DNA of 64,000 bases from Eutreptiella sp. 'Long Island Sound 2002'. Taxonomy: Eukaryota; Protista; Euglenida. Below the pieces are notes generated by a model. That model made no database searches and was not told the origin of the DNA. It was given only the letters and a program-made list of their open reading frames with translations. How positions within the stretch are numbered: position 1 is the first letter of the stretch; the number at the start of each line of letters is the position of its first letter. Positions 13,001-25,199 of the stretch are shown here, piece after piece. Both the position numbers and the translations under genes were made by a program. The stretch spans positions 62,558,001-62,622,000 of the forward strand of contig OZ038378.1 of the NCBI GenBank assembly GCA_964036045.1, read 5' to 3'.

Positions 13001-16000
13001 TTGGATCTCTGCTGTGTGAACCAGCTTGGATGTCATTTGTATGAACCAGCTTGGATCTCGATTGTGTGAACTCCTTGGATCTCCATTGTGCGAACTAGCT
13101 TGGATCTCCGCTGTGCGATCCACCTTGGAATTCCGTTGTGTCAATCAGCTTGGATCTCCGTTGTGTGACCTAGCTTGGATCTACATTGTGTGAAGTGGCT
13201 TGGATATCCTTTCCGTGTACCAGCTTGGATCTACATTGTGTGAAGTGGCTTGAATCTCATTTGTGCGAAGAAGCTTGTATCTGCATTATGTGAACCACCT
13301 TGGATTTGCATTGTATGAACAAGCTTGGATCTCCATTGTGTGAACCGTCTTGGATTTCCGTTGTGTGAACCGGCGCTGATCTCCTTTGTGTGAACCACCT
13401 TGGATCTTTGTTGTGTGAACCCGCTCGGATATCCATTGTGTGAACTAGCTTGGATCTCCGTTGTGCGAACCACCTTGGAACTCCGTTGTGTCCATCAGCT
13501 TCGATCTCCGTTGTGTGACCTAGCTTGGATCTACATTGTGTGAAGTGGCTTGGATCTCCTTTCCGTGTTCCAGCTTGGATCTACATTGTGTGAAGTGGCT
13601 TTGATCTCATTTGTGCGAACAAGCTTGTATCTGCATTATGTGAACCACCTTGGATCTGCATTGTATGAACAAGCTTGGATCTCCATTGTGTGAACCGTCT
13701 TGGATTTCCGTTGTGTGAACCGGCGTTGATCTCCTTTGTGTGAACCACCTTGGATCTTTGTTGTGTGAACCAGCTTGGATCTCCATTGTATGGATCACGT
13801 TGCATCTCCGCTCTGTGAACCAGCTTGGATCTCATTTGTATGAACCAGCTTGGATCTGCATTGTGTGAACCAGCTTCGATCTCCATTGTGTGAACTAGTT
13901 TGGATTTTGTTGTGTGGAGCGAGTTGAATTTTGTGAACCGGCTTTGATCTCGTTTGTGCGAACCACCTTGGATCTGCGTTGTGTGGACCGCCTTGGATCT
14001 CCGTTGTGTGAACAAGCTTGGATCTCGGTTGTGTGAACCGGCCTCGATCTCCATTGTGTGCACTACCTTAGATCTGTGTTCTTTGAACAAGCTTGGATCT
14101 CCCTTGTGTGAACGGAATTTGGTCTCCTTTTTGTGAAGCAGCTTCGATCTTCTTTGTGTGAACCAGCTTGGATCTCCATGGTGTGAACGAGCTTGGATCT
14201 CCATTGTGTGACCCACCTTGCACCTCCGTTGTGTGAACCAGCTTAGATCTCCGTTATGTGAACCGCCTTGCATCTCCATTGTGCGAACCACCTTGGATCT
14301 CCGTTGTGTGAACCAGCTTGGATCTCATTTGTATGAACCAGCTTGGATCTCCATTGTGTGAAGTCCTTGGATCTCCATTGTGTGAACTAGCTGGATCTCC
14401 GTTGTGTGAACCACCATGGATCTCTGTTGTGTGAACCGGCTTTGGTCTCCATCGTGTGAAGCACCTTGGATCTCTGTTGTGTGAACCAGCTTGGATCTCT
14501 GTTGGCTGAAGCAGTTTGGATATCCGTTGTGTCGATCAGCTTGGATCCCCGTCGTGTGAGCTGCCTTGGATCTACATTATGGGAAGTGGCCTGGATCTCC
14601 TTTGTGTGAACCAGCTTGGATCACCATTGTGTGAACTAGCTTGGATCTCCGTTGTTGGAATCACCTTGGATCTCCGTTGTGTCAATCACCTTGGATCTCC
14701 GTTGTGTGACCTAGCTTGGATCTACATTGTGTGAAGTGGCTTGGATCTCCTTTGTGTGAACAAGCTTGTATCTGCATTATTTGAACCACCTTGGATCTGC
14801 ATTGTATGAACAAGCTTGGATCTCCATTGTGTGAACCGTCTTGGATCTCCGTTGTGTCAACCAACTTGGATCTCTATTGTGTGAACGAGTTGGATTTTGT
14901 TGTGTGGTGCAAGTTGCATTTTGTGAACCAACTTGGACCTGCATTGTGTCATCCAGCTTGGATGTCCGTTGTGTGGACTAGCTTGGATCTCCGTTGTGTG
15001 AACGAGCTTGGATCTCAGCTGCGTGAACCGGCCTCGATCTCCATTGTGTGCACTACCTTAGATCTGTGTTCTTTGAAAAAGCTTGGATCTCTGTTGTGTG
15101 AAAAGGCTCGGATCTCCCTTGTGTGAACGGAATTTGGTCTCCATTTTGTGAAGCAGCTTCGATCTCCTTTGTGTGAACCACCTTCGATCACCATTGTGCG
15201 AACCACCTTGGATCTCCGTTGTGGGAACCACCTTGGATCTCCATCGTGTGAACCGGCTTGGATCTCCATTGTGTGAAGTCCTTGGATCTCCATTGTGTGA
15301 TCTAGCTTGAATCTCCGTTGTGTGAACCACCATGGATCTCTGTTGTGTGAACCGGCTTTGGTCTCCATTGTGTGAACCGGCTTGCATTTCCATTGTGTGA
15401 ACCAGCTTGGATTTCTGTTGGCTGAACCATTTTGGATATCTGTTGTGTCGATGAGCTTGGATCCCCTTCGTGTGAGCTGGCTTGGATCTACATTGTGGGA
15501 CTCACCTTGGATCTCCGTTGTGTCAATCACCTTGGATCTCCGTTGTGTGACCTAGCTTGGATCTACATTGTGTGAAGTGGCTTGGATCTCCTTTGTGTTA
15601 AGCAGCTTGTATCTGCATTATGTGAACCACCTTGGATCTGCTTGTATGAACAAGCTTGGATCTCCATTGTGTGAACCGGCTTGGATCTCCGTTGTGGGAA
15701 CCGGCGTTGATCTCCATTGTGTGAACCACCTTGGATCTTTGTTTTGTGAACCAGCTTGAATCTCCATTGTATGGATCACGTTGGATCTCTGCTGTGTGAA
15801 CCAGCTTGGATCTCATTTGTATGAACCAGCTTGGATCTCGATTGTGTGAACTCCTTGGATCTCCATTGTGCGAACTAGCTTGGATCTCCGCTGTGCGATC
15901 CACCTTGGAATTCCGTTGTGTCAATCAGCTTGGATCTCCGTTGTGTGACCTAGCTTGGATCTACATTGTGTGAAGTGGCTTGGATCTCCTTTCCGTGTAC

Positions 16001-19000
16001 CAGCTTGGATCTACATTGTGTGAAGTGGCTTGGATCTCATTTGTGCGAAGAAGCTTGTATCTGCATTATGTGAACCACCTTGGATCTGCATTGTATGAAC
16101 AAGCTTGGATCTCCATTGTGTGAACCGTCTTGGATTTCCGTTGTGTGAACCGGCGCTGATCTCCTTTGTGTGAACCACCTTGGATCTTTGTTGTGTGAAC
16201 CAGCTGGGATCTCCATTGTGTGAACTAGCTTGGATCTCCGTTGTGCGAACCACCTTGGAACTCCGTTGTGTCGATCAGCTTGGATCTCCGTTGTGTGACC
16301 TAGCTTGGATCTACATTGTGTGAAGTGGCTTGGATCTCCTTTCCGTGTTCCAGCTTGGATCTACATTGTGTGAAGTGGCTTGGATCTCATTTGTGCGAAC
16401 AAGCTTGTATCTGCATTATGTGAACCACCTTGGATCTGCATTGTATGAACAAGCTTGGATCTCCATTGTGTGAAGCGTCTTGGATTTCCGTTGTGTGAAC
16501 CGGCGTTGATCTCCTTTGTGTGAAGCACCTTGGATCTTTGTTGTGTGAACCAGCTTGGATCTCCATTGTATGGATCACGTTGCATCTCCGCTCTGTGAAC
16601 CAGCTTGGATCTCATTTGTATGAACCAGCTTGGATGTGCATTGTGTGAACCAGCTTCGATCTCCATTGTGTGAACTAGTTTGGATTTTGTTGTGTGGAGC
16701 GAGTTGAATTTTGTGAACCGGCTTTGATCTCGTTTGTGCGAACCACCTTGGATCTGCGTTGTGTGGACCGCCTTGGATCTCCGTTGTGTGAACAAGCTTG
16801 GATCTCGGTTGTGTGAACCGGCCTCGATCTCCATTGTGTGCACTACCTTAGATCTGTGTTCTTTGAACAAGCTTGGATCTCCCTTGTGTGAACGGAATTT
16901 GGTCTCCTTTTTGTGAAGCAGCTTCGATCTTCTTTGTGTGAACCACCTTGGATCTCCATGGTGTGAACGAGCTTGGATCTCCATTGTGTGACCCACCTTG
17001 CACCTCCGTTGTGTGAACCAGCTTAGATCTCCGTTATGTGAACCGCCTTGGATCTCCATTGTGCGAACCACCTTGGATCTCCGTTGTGTGAACCAGCTTG
17101 TATCTCATTTGTATGAACCAGCTTGGATCTCCATTGTGTGAAGTCCTTGGATCTCCATTGTGTGAACTAGCTGGATCTCCGTTGTGTGAACCACCATGGA
17201 TCTCTGTTGTGTGAACCGGCTTTGGTCTCCATCGTGTGAACCACCTTGGATCTCTGTTGTGTGAACCAGCTTGGATCTCTGTTGGCTGAAGCAGTTTGGA
17301 TATCCGTTGTGTCGATCAGCTTGGATCCCCTTCGTGTGAGCTGCCTTGGATCTACATTATGGGAAGTGGCCTGGATCTCCTTTGTGTGAACCAGCTTGGA
17401 TCACCATTGTGTGAACTAGCTTGGATCTCCGTTGTTGGAATCACCTTGGATCTCCGTTGTGTCAATCACCTTGGATCTCCGTTGTGTGACCTAGCTTGGA
17501 TCTACATTGTGTGAAGTGGCTTGGATCTCCTTTGTGTGAACAAGCTTGTATCTGCATTATGTGAACCACCTTGGATCTGCATTGTATGAACAAGCTTGGA
17601 TCTCCATTGTGTGAACCGTCTTGGATCTCCGTTGTGTCAACCAACTTGGATCTCTATTGTGTGAACGAGTTGGATTTTGTTGTGTGGTGCAAGTTGCATT
17701 TTGTGAACCAACTTGGACCTGCATTGTGTCATCCAGCTTGGATGTCCGTTGTGTGGACCAGCTTGGATCTCCGTTGTGTGAACGAGCTTGGATCTCAGCT
17801 GCGTGAACCGGCCTCGATCTCCATTGTGTGCACTACCTCAGATCTGTGTTCTTTGAAAAAGCTTGGATCTCTGTTGTGTGAAAAGGCTGGGATCTCCCTT
17901 GTGTGAACGGAATTTGGTCTCCATTTTGTGAAGCAGCTTCGATCTCCTTTGTGTGAACCACCTTCGATCACCATTGTGCGAACCACCTTGGATCTCCGTT
18001 GTGGGAACCACCTTGGATCTCCATCGTGTGAACCGGCTTGGATCTCCATTGTGTGAAGTCCTTGGATCTCCATTGTGTGATCTAGCTTGAATCTCCGTTG
18101 TGTGAACCACCATGGATCTCTGTTGTGTGAACCGGCTTTGGTCTCCATTGTGTGAACCGGCTTGCATTTCCATTGTGTGAACCAGCTTGGATTTCTGTTG
18201 GCTGAACCAGTTTGGATATCTGTTGTGTCGATGAGCTTGGATCCCCTTCGTGTGAGCTGGCTTGGATCTACATTGTGGGACTCACCTTGGATCTCCGTTG
18301 TGTCAATCACCTTGGATCTCCGTTGTGTGACCTAGCTTGGATCTACATTGTGTGAAGTGGCTTGGATCTCCTTTGTGTTAAGCAGCTTGTATCTGCATTA
18401 TGTGAACCACCTTGGATCTGCTTGTATGAACAAGCTTGGATCTCCATTGTGTGAACCGGCTTGGATCTCCGTTGTGGGAACCGGCGTTGATCTCCATTGT
18501 GTGAACCACCTTGGATCTTTGTTTTGTGAACCAGCTTGAATCTCCATTGTATGGATCACGTTGGATCTCTGCTGTGTGAACCAGCTTGGATCTCATTTGT
18601 ATGAACCAGCTTGGATCTCGATTGTGTGAACTCCTTGGATCTCCATTGTGCGAACTAGCTTGGATCTCCGCTGTGCGATCCACCTTGGAATTCCGTTGTG
18701 TCAATCAGCTTGGATCTCCGTTGTGTGACCTAGCTTGGATCTACATTGTGTGAAGTGGCTTGGATCTCCTTTCCGTGTACCAGCTTGGATCTACATTGTG
18801 TGAAGTGGCTTGGATCTCATTTGTGCGAAGAAGCTTGTATCTGCATTATGTGAACCACCTTGGATCTGCATTGTATGAACAAGCTTGGATCTCCATTGTG
18901 TGAACCGTCTTGGATTTCCGTTGTGTGAACCGGCGCTGATCTCCTTTGTGTGAACCACCTTGGATCTTTGTTGTGTGAACCAGCTCGGATCTCCATTGTG

Positions 19001-21629
19001 TGAACTAGCTTGGATCTCCGTTGTGCGAACCACCTTGGAACTCCGTTGTGTCCATCAGCTTAGATCTCCGTTGTGTGACCTAGCTTGGATCTACATTGTG
19101 TGAAGTGGCTTGGATCTCCTTTCCGTGTTCCAGCTTGGATCTACATTGTGTGAAGTGGCTTGGATCTCATTTGTGCGAACAAGCTTGTATCTGCATTATG
19201 TGAACCACCTTGGATCTGCATTGTATGAACAAGCTTGGATCTCCATTGTGTGAACCGTCTTGGATTTCCGTTGTGTGAACCGGCGTTGATCTCCTTTGTG
19301 TGAACCACCTTGGATCTTTGTTGTGTGAACCAGCTTGGATCTCCATTGTATGGATCACGTTGCATCTCCGCTCTGTGAACCAGCTTGGATCTCATTTGTA
19401 TGAACCAGCTTGGATTTGCATTGTGTGAACCAGCTTCGATCTCCATTGTGTGAACTAGTTTGGATTTTGTTGTGTGGAGCGAGTTGAATTTTGTGAACCG
19501 GCTTTGATCTCGTTTGTGCGAACCACCTTGGATCTGCGTTGTGTGGACCGCCTTGGATCTCCGTTGTGTGAACAAGCTTGGATCTCGGTTGTGTGAACCG
19601 GCCTCGATCTCCATTGTGTGCACTACCTTAGATCTGTGTTCTTTGAACAAGCTTGGATCTCCCTTGTGTGAACGGAATTTGGTCTCCTTTTTGTGAAGCA
19701 GCTTCGATCTTCTTTGTGTGAACCACCTTGGATCTCCATGGTGTGAACGAGCTTGGATCTCCATTGTGTGACCCACCTTGCACCTCCGTTGTGTGAACCA
19801 GCTTAGATCTCCGTTATGTGAACCGCCTTGGATCTCCATTGTGCGAACCACCTTGGATCTCCGTTGTGTGAACCAGCTTGGATCTCATTTGTATGAACCA
19901 GCTTGGATCTCCATTGTGTGAAGTCCTTGGATCTCCATTGTGTGAACTAGCTGGATCTCCGTTGTGTGAACCACCATGGATCTCTGTTGTGTGAACCGGC
20001 TTTGGTCTCCATCGTGTGAACCACCTTGGATCTCCGTTGTGTGAACCAGCTTGGATCTCTGTTGGCTGAAGCAGTTTGGATATCCGTTGTGTCGATCAGC
20101 TTGGATCCCCTTCGTGTGAGCTGCCTTGGATCTACATTATGGGAAGTGGCCTGGATCTCCTTTGTGTGAACCAGCTTGGATCACCATTGTGTGAACTAGC
20201 TTGAATCTCCTTTGTTGGAATCACCTTGGATCTCCGTTGTGCCAATCACCTTGGATCTCCGTTGTGTGACCTAGCTTGGATCTACATTGTGTGAAGTGGC
20301 TTGGATCTCCTTTGTGTGAACAAGCTTGTATCTGCATTATTTGAACCACCTTGGATCTGCATTGTATGAACAAGCTTGGATCTCCATTGTGTGAACCGTC
20401 TTGGATCTCCGTTGTGTGAACCGGCGTTGATCTCCATTGTGTGAACTACCTTGGATCTCCATTGTATGGATCACGTTTGATCTCCGCTGTGTGAACCAGC
20501 TTGGATCTCATTTGTATGAACCAGCTTGGATCTCGATTGTGTGAACTCCTTGGATCTCCATTGTGTGAACTAGCTTGGATCTCGGTTGTGCGAACCACCT
20601 TGGATCTCCGTTGTGTGACCTAGCTTGGATCTACATTGTGTGAAGTGGCTTGGATCTCCTTTCCGTGTAGCAGCTTGGATCTGCATTGTGTGAACCAGCT
20701 TCCATCTCCATTGTCTGAACTAGTTTGGATTTTGTTGTGTGGAGCGAGTTGAATTTTATGAACCGGCTTTGATCTCGTTTGTGCGCACCACCTTGCATCT
20801 GCGTTGTGTGGGATGCCTTGGATCTCCGTTGTGTGAACAAGCTTGGATATCGGTTGTGTGAACCGGCTTGCATCTCCACTGTGTGAACCAGCTTGGATCT
20901 CCGTTGTGGGAGCCATCTTGAATTACCATGGTGTGAACCACCTTGGATCTCCGTTGTGTGAACTGGCTTGGATCTCTGTTGTGTGAACGAGCTTGGATCT
21001 CCGTTTTGTCAACTAGCCTGGATCTCCAATGTGTGTGCTGCCTTGGATCGCCGTTGTGTGAAGTGGCTTGGGTCTGCGTTTCGTGAACCAGCTTGGATCT
21101 CCATTGTGTGAACCAGCTTGGATCCCCATTGTGTGAACCAGCTTGGATCTCCGTCGTGTGCACGAGCTTGGGTCTCCGTTGTGTCAACCAGGTTGGAACT
21201 TCTTTGTGTGAACCAGGTTGCATCTCCTTTGTGTGAAGCATCTTGGATCTCCGTTGTGTGAACCAGCTTTGATCTCCGTTCTGTGAACCTGCTCGGTTCT
21301 CCATTGTGCGAACCAGCTTGAATCTCCGTGGTGTGGACCACGTTGGATCTCCGCTGTGTGACCCACCTTGGATCTCCATTGTGTTAATTGCCTTGGATCT
21401 TTGTTGTGTGAACCAGCTTGGATGTCCATTGTGTGAAGGAATTTGGATTCTGTTGTGTGGAGCGAGTGGATCTGCGTTGTCTGCACCAGCTTGGATCTCC
21501 GTTGTGTGAACCCCCTTGGATCTCCGTTGTGTGAACCAGCTTGGATCTCCATTTTGTGAACTGGCTTGGATGTCCACTGTGTGAACCACCTTGCATTTCC
21601 ATCTGGTGAACCGCCTTGGATTTGCATTG
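7052..21629. repeat. 25-bp satellite array (~580 monomers, consensus TTGTGTGAACCAGCTTGGATCTCCR) with a higher-order repeat core
   Basis: Monomer visible throughout. Identical ORF-track entries recur at 2,780-bp offsets (13231/16011/18791; 13581/16361/19141; 15015/17795) and at one 2,855-bp offset. Confidence 0.98.
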
Positions 21630-21645
21630 GCCACCCCCATCCTCG

Positions 21646-22962
21646 GCCATCATGCAGCCCGGGGACCGGCGGCTGCATTGGTTGCCTAATGCGGTGGACG
21701 GTACATCGAGGCATGAGGCCTCGTACGTCCATTGCACGCTTGTTCGCACCGCCAGCCCCAACCAACTATCTAGTTGGTGGCTACTAGGGGGCAGTGAAAA
21801 GTGGGAGACCATCTACGCGGCCTCCCAGGAAATTGATTTTGATGATGAGTTGCGCAAGGACGCAACCGTAAGTTTTAAGGATACGGCAGGGAACGATAGG
21901 CAGTCCCTTTTTTTTCTGTCTGCAGATGGCAAAGCACAGGTGCTCATGGCGGGCTGCCAAAACTAGAAGGCAGAATCCCCTGGTGCCACTGTGTGTTGGG
22001 TCTGCATGCGTAACCGTGCTCTATGCCTTGCTACCTTTGGCACAGCAAGTGCGATAGACGGCAACTGGGAACCAGCCGTTGCCATAAATGCTATATATAG
22101 GACCATTACGAGTGATAGGCGAGTGCCTGATTATGGCCTCCATGGGGTCCTTCGTGTCCTGTTGTGTGCACTCAACGGGACACGGGACCTAGTTGTACAA
22201 TTGACAGGGAAGGCATCGGCCACTGTGGCACGCACCATGCTGCAACCGGTTCTAGATGAGGCACGCCTTGCTGCACGAACTTGCACCCGTGCCTCATTAA
22301 ATAATGACAAGGCAAACAGCAAGGGGAAGGTGAGGATGGAGTGTGCTGCTGCCATCCATTTCATGAGGAATAGGGGTTGGGAGAAGATAATAGATGCTTC
22401 CCTAGAGCAGCCTAGTGTGAGGCAGCATCAAGTAGGGGGAAAAAGATGGGAGTCGGTGTGCAAAACGTGGTGGGAGAATTTTGCAAGCATGTGTGTATAC
22501 GCGTGGCGTTCCGCATGGTTCTCCCGGGCCGTGTTGGGGCGGCTCCGGAACCATAGCATAGCCATGGGCGCTGCCCACAATGAGCTGTAGTGGGGCAAAC
22601 TTCTGTGGACGCATCTTTGGATCGACCACATGTATTATTTTGCAAAGAAGTGGAGAGTCTTGTCAAAGTTCTCCTGCTTTGCCATGCAGGGAAGTCACCG
22701 GAGGCTGAAGCGCATGTGGCGCAACAGCGGGGGCCTAAGCCTCCTCCGGGGGAGACTAGGGGTGCAAGTGGTTGTGGACAACCACACCATTGACGATAGC
22801 CTTTGGTTGCATGGGTGGGATGCGACCAAAAGGGCTCAACATGGGCAATGGCCCGTAAGTGTACAAACGTATGCAAGCCGCACAAGAAGACGGCTTCTAA
22901 CCGACATGCAGCACCTTCAGACTCTACAGCGGCGGTTCCGGTGCCGCAAGAGACGGACATGA
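21646..22962 (+). pseudogene. RAG1/Transib-like DDE transposase (copy A), 5'-truncated by the satellite
   Basis: One frame with only two TAG stops (21964, 22588): AVDGT (D 21697), LSADGK (D 21925), CWVC (21994), YGLHGVLRV (22141), THLWIDH (22612-22629), FSCFAMQGSHRRLK (CAG at 22687, one base from GAG). Confidence 0.7.
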
Positions 22963-23069
22963 GATCACCTTACGAACCCAAACCATTGTTGCTTGTGACT
23001 GGGGTGCATGCTGGGGGGCTTACTAGGGGTGTGAGGACAAATCAGGGGGTGCACACCGGTAACATTTGT

Positions 23070-23390
23070 GTAAATTCACGTGAATTCACGTGAAATTGGT
23101 ACGAAATTCGTGCGAATTTCGTACGAATTCACCTGAATTCACGGCTGTGAATCGGCTACAGGCTTGCCGGGTTCCGGCCCCTCTCGTTTTGGGCACGGTT
23201 CGGACATGATGGATGCTTTTGGGGCGGGACTTTCATTGGATGATGCGTAACAAAGCTAGGGGAGGAATTTTGGCCCCTCAAAGCGCTTGGAATGAACCAA
23301 GAATATGGCATTTTCCCCCAAAAACCTCAAAATTTGGGTAAATTCACGTGAAATTCACGCAATTATTCAAACGGCCACTTAACGGCCGTT
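23070..23390. repeat. Cluster of AATTCACGTGAA-type palindromic motifs and a 12-bp-arm hairpin
   Basis: GTACGAAATTCG-TG-CGAATTTCGTAC at 23099-23124. TAAATTCACGTGAA occurs at ~23071 and ~23340. Confidence 0.8.
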
Positions 23391-25199
23391 CACGAAGGGT
23401 ACATGGTTAGTGGCAGCTTATGGTGGTTGGCGAGCGTTGGTGGTTGCCGATGTTGGTGGCGGTTGGTAGTGGTTGGCGGTTGGGAGTTGATCACCGCCCC
23501 TTGGGGCGGCACTTTGCGGTTGGTGATTCGTGGAACTTTGCGGTTGGTGGTGGGTGGTGGTTGGCAGTTGGTGGCAAGTTGGTGGCAGGTGGTGGCTAGC
23601 GGTTGTTGAACCCGAAAAGCGCTCCTTAAAAGAAGATACAAAAGTTTTCCGGAAAAGCACGCAATTTTACAAAAAGACCACATGTAGCTCATTTGTTCAA
23701 CTACATTGGTCACTGCTCCGGAGGAGGGGTAAGTGAGGGGAGTCCAAACTCCTTCATGTGCGGTTGCACTAGTTAAGGGGAGACGGGACGCCTTGCCGTG
23801 CCCGTGGTCGTTGCTCAACAAACTTCTAGGGTTGCGGGTGCATCGGCCATGAGGAGTCCAACTTGTGTGTGACGGTGGTCGCTTCTCGAGATGAGTGATC
23901 AATGAGCGAAGTGCAAATTCCTCCGGCTACGGATGCACCGGCTAGGGGAAGACAAGTAGGTTGTCCGTGGCAGTGGGCGCTCCTCGCGAGGGGTGGTCAC
24001 TGGGAAGATTCCAAGAACCTCGCCTGCGGGTGCACTGGTAAAAGGAGACGGGTGGCATCTCCTTCCTGTGGTCGCTGCTCGGGCGGGAGGGCTGCCCTAG
24101 GCCTACATCTAATTGTGGTTCTGCTCTGGTACCGGGCTTCCGCTGCCCCAGCGGATGCTTTGGCCAACCCTTCCTTTAGCAGCGAGCCGTGGGCTTTCTG
24201 CACCCCCGCCCCCCGTGCTTCCTTGTAACTCGGCCTCTAGACCAACTTCGCAACCAATGGCAACACCACTACTCGGGAATCCCCCCATCCCCCGCCCGCA
24301 CCTGCTCTATTGCTTGTCACAACGACCATTGGGGCCTATCACGGACTCTCTCCCCATGTGCCGATGCATGCATGGTCATGGCTCTAGGTGGCTGTGTGGC
24401 CGCTCCATGCTTGGCACCTTGGCCATCCGAACATAATCCTCACTCTTGGCATGTGCAAACATTGTGGAGGAAAAGTACTACATGAAATGGTCAATTTATG
24501 ACCCCAAAGCTTAGTCGAAGGGGAAACGTGTCGAGGAGGGTTCGTGGTCATCTGGGGGGAATGCGGAAAGAGCGTCCTCCCCCATTCCAAGGGTGATGGC
24601 GACTGTAGCCCTTCCGGGTACGACGGGTTTGGGGGGGGGGGCATGAGAGGCTAGGGAGCTGGACACGGGGGTAGGCGTGTAAAGGGAACCGGCCGTGCGA
24701 GCTGAATAATGTTGAACCAGGGCACTCAGTGGAGTGGTAGCACACGAGTGCCGAACACAAGTAGGCGCCTTGGCGTATAGTGTACGAGGACGGGTGGCTT
24801 GAGACGTTATAGCCACGGTTCCTTGGGAGTACAAATCCGAACCTAGAACTGTGCAATGCACGTGTCATTATAATAGATCGATAGATAAATAGGCAAAATA
24901 TGATGGGTCTGAAAAATAACGTTTTGCGAAACCTTCCTTCCCCTTCTGCCGGTTTTAAGGGTCCATGTTCGCGTCTTCAGGAGATGTAGGTAAGCATCTG
25001 TAATAGATACACAAGCACAACAGATTGAATTGTCCAAGCGATGGACAGTGGTTTATCCCATTTTTGCCAGAAGGGGGACACAGACAAAGGTCGATGGACA
25101 CATGTATGCAACAACCAAATATATTGCCTCAGGTGCAAAGGCCATCCATTGCAAAAACAAGGTGAAGCAAAAAACGACACTATAAAAATCATGCATGCA

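Noticed and set aside
7052-21629. Satellite or 42-bp array as a CRISPR array
   Set aside because: Monomers are contiguous with no unique spacers, there are no cas genes, and the context is eukaryotic.
7010-21640. Dozens of ORFs with a 25-aa repeat (HTMEIQAGSHNGDPSWFTQRRSKLV)
   Set aside because: The minus-strand 25-bp monomer has no stop in any frame, so three monomers automatically give a 25-aa repeat. Frames switch arbitrarily; this is a satellite artefact.
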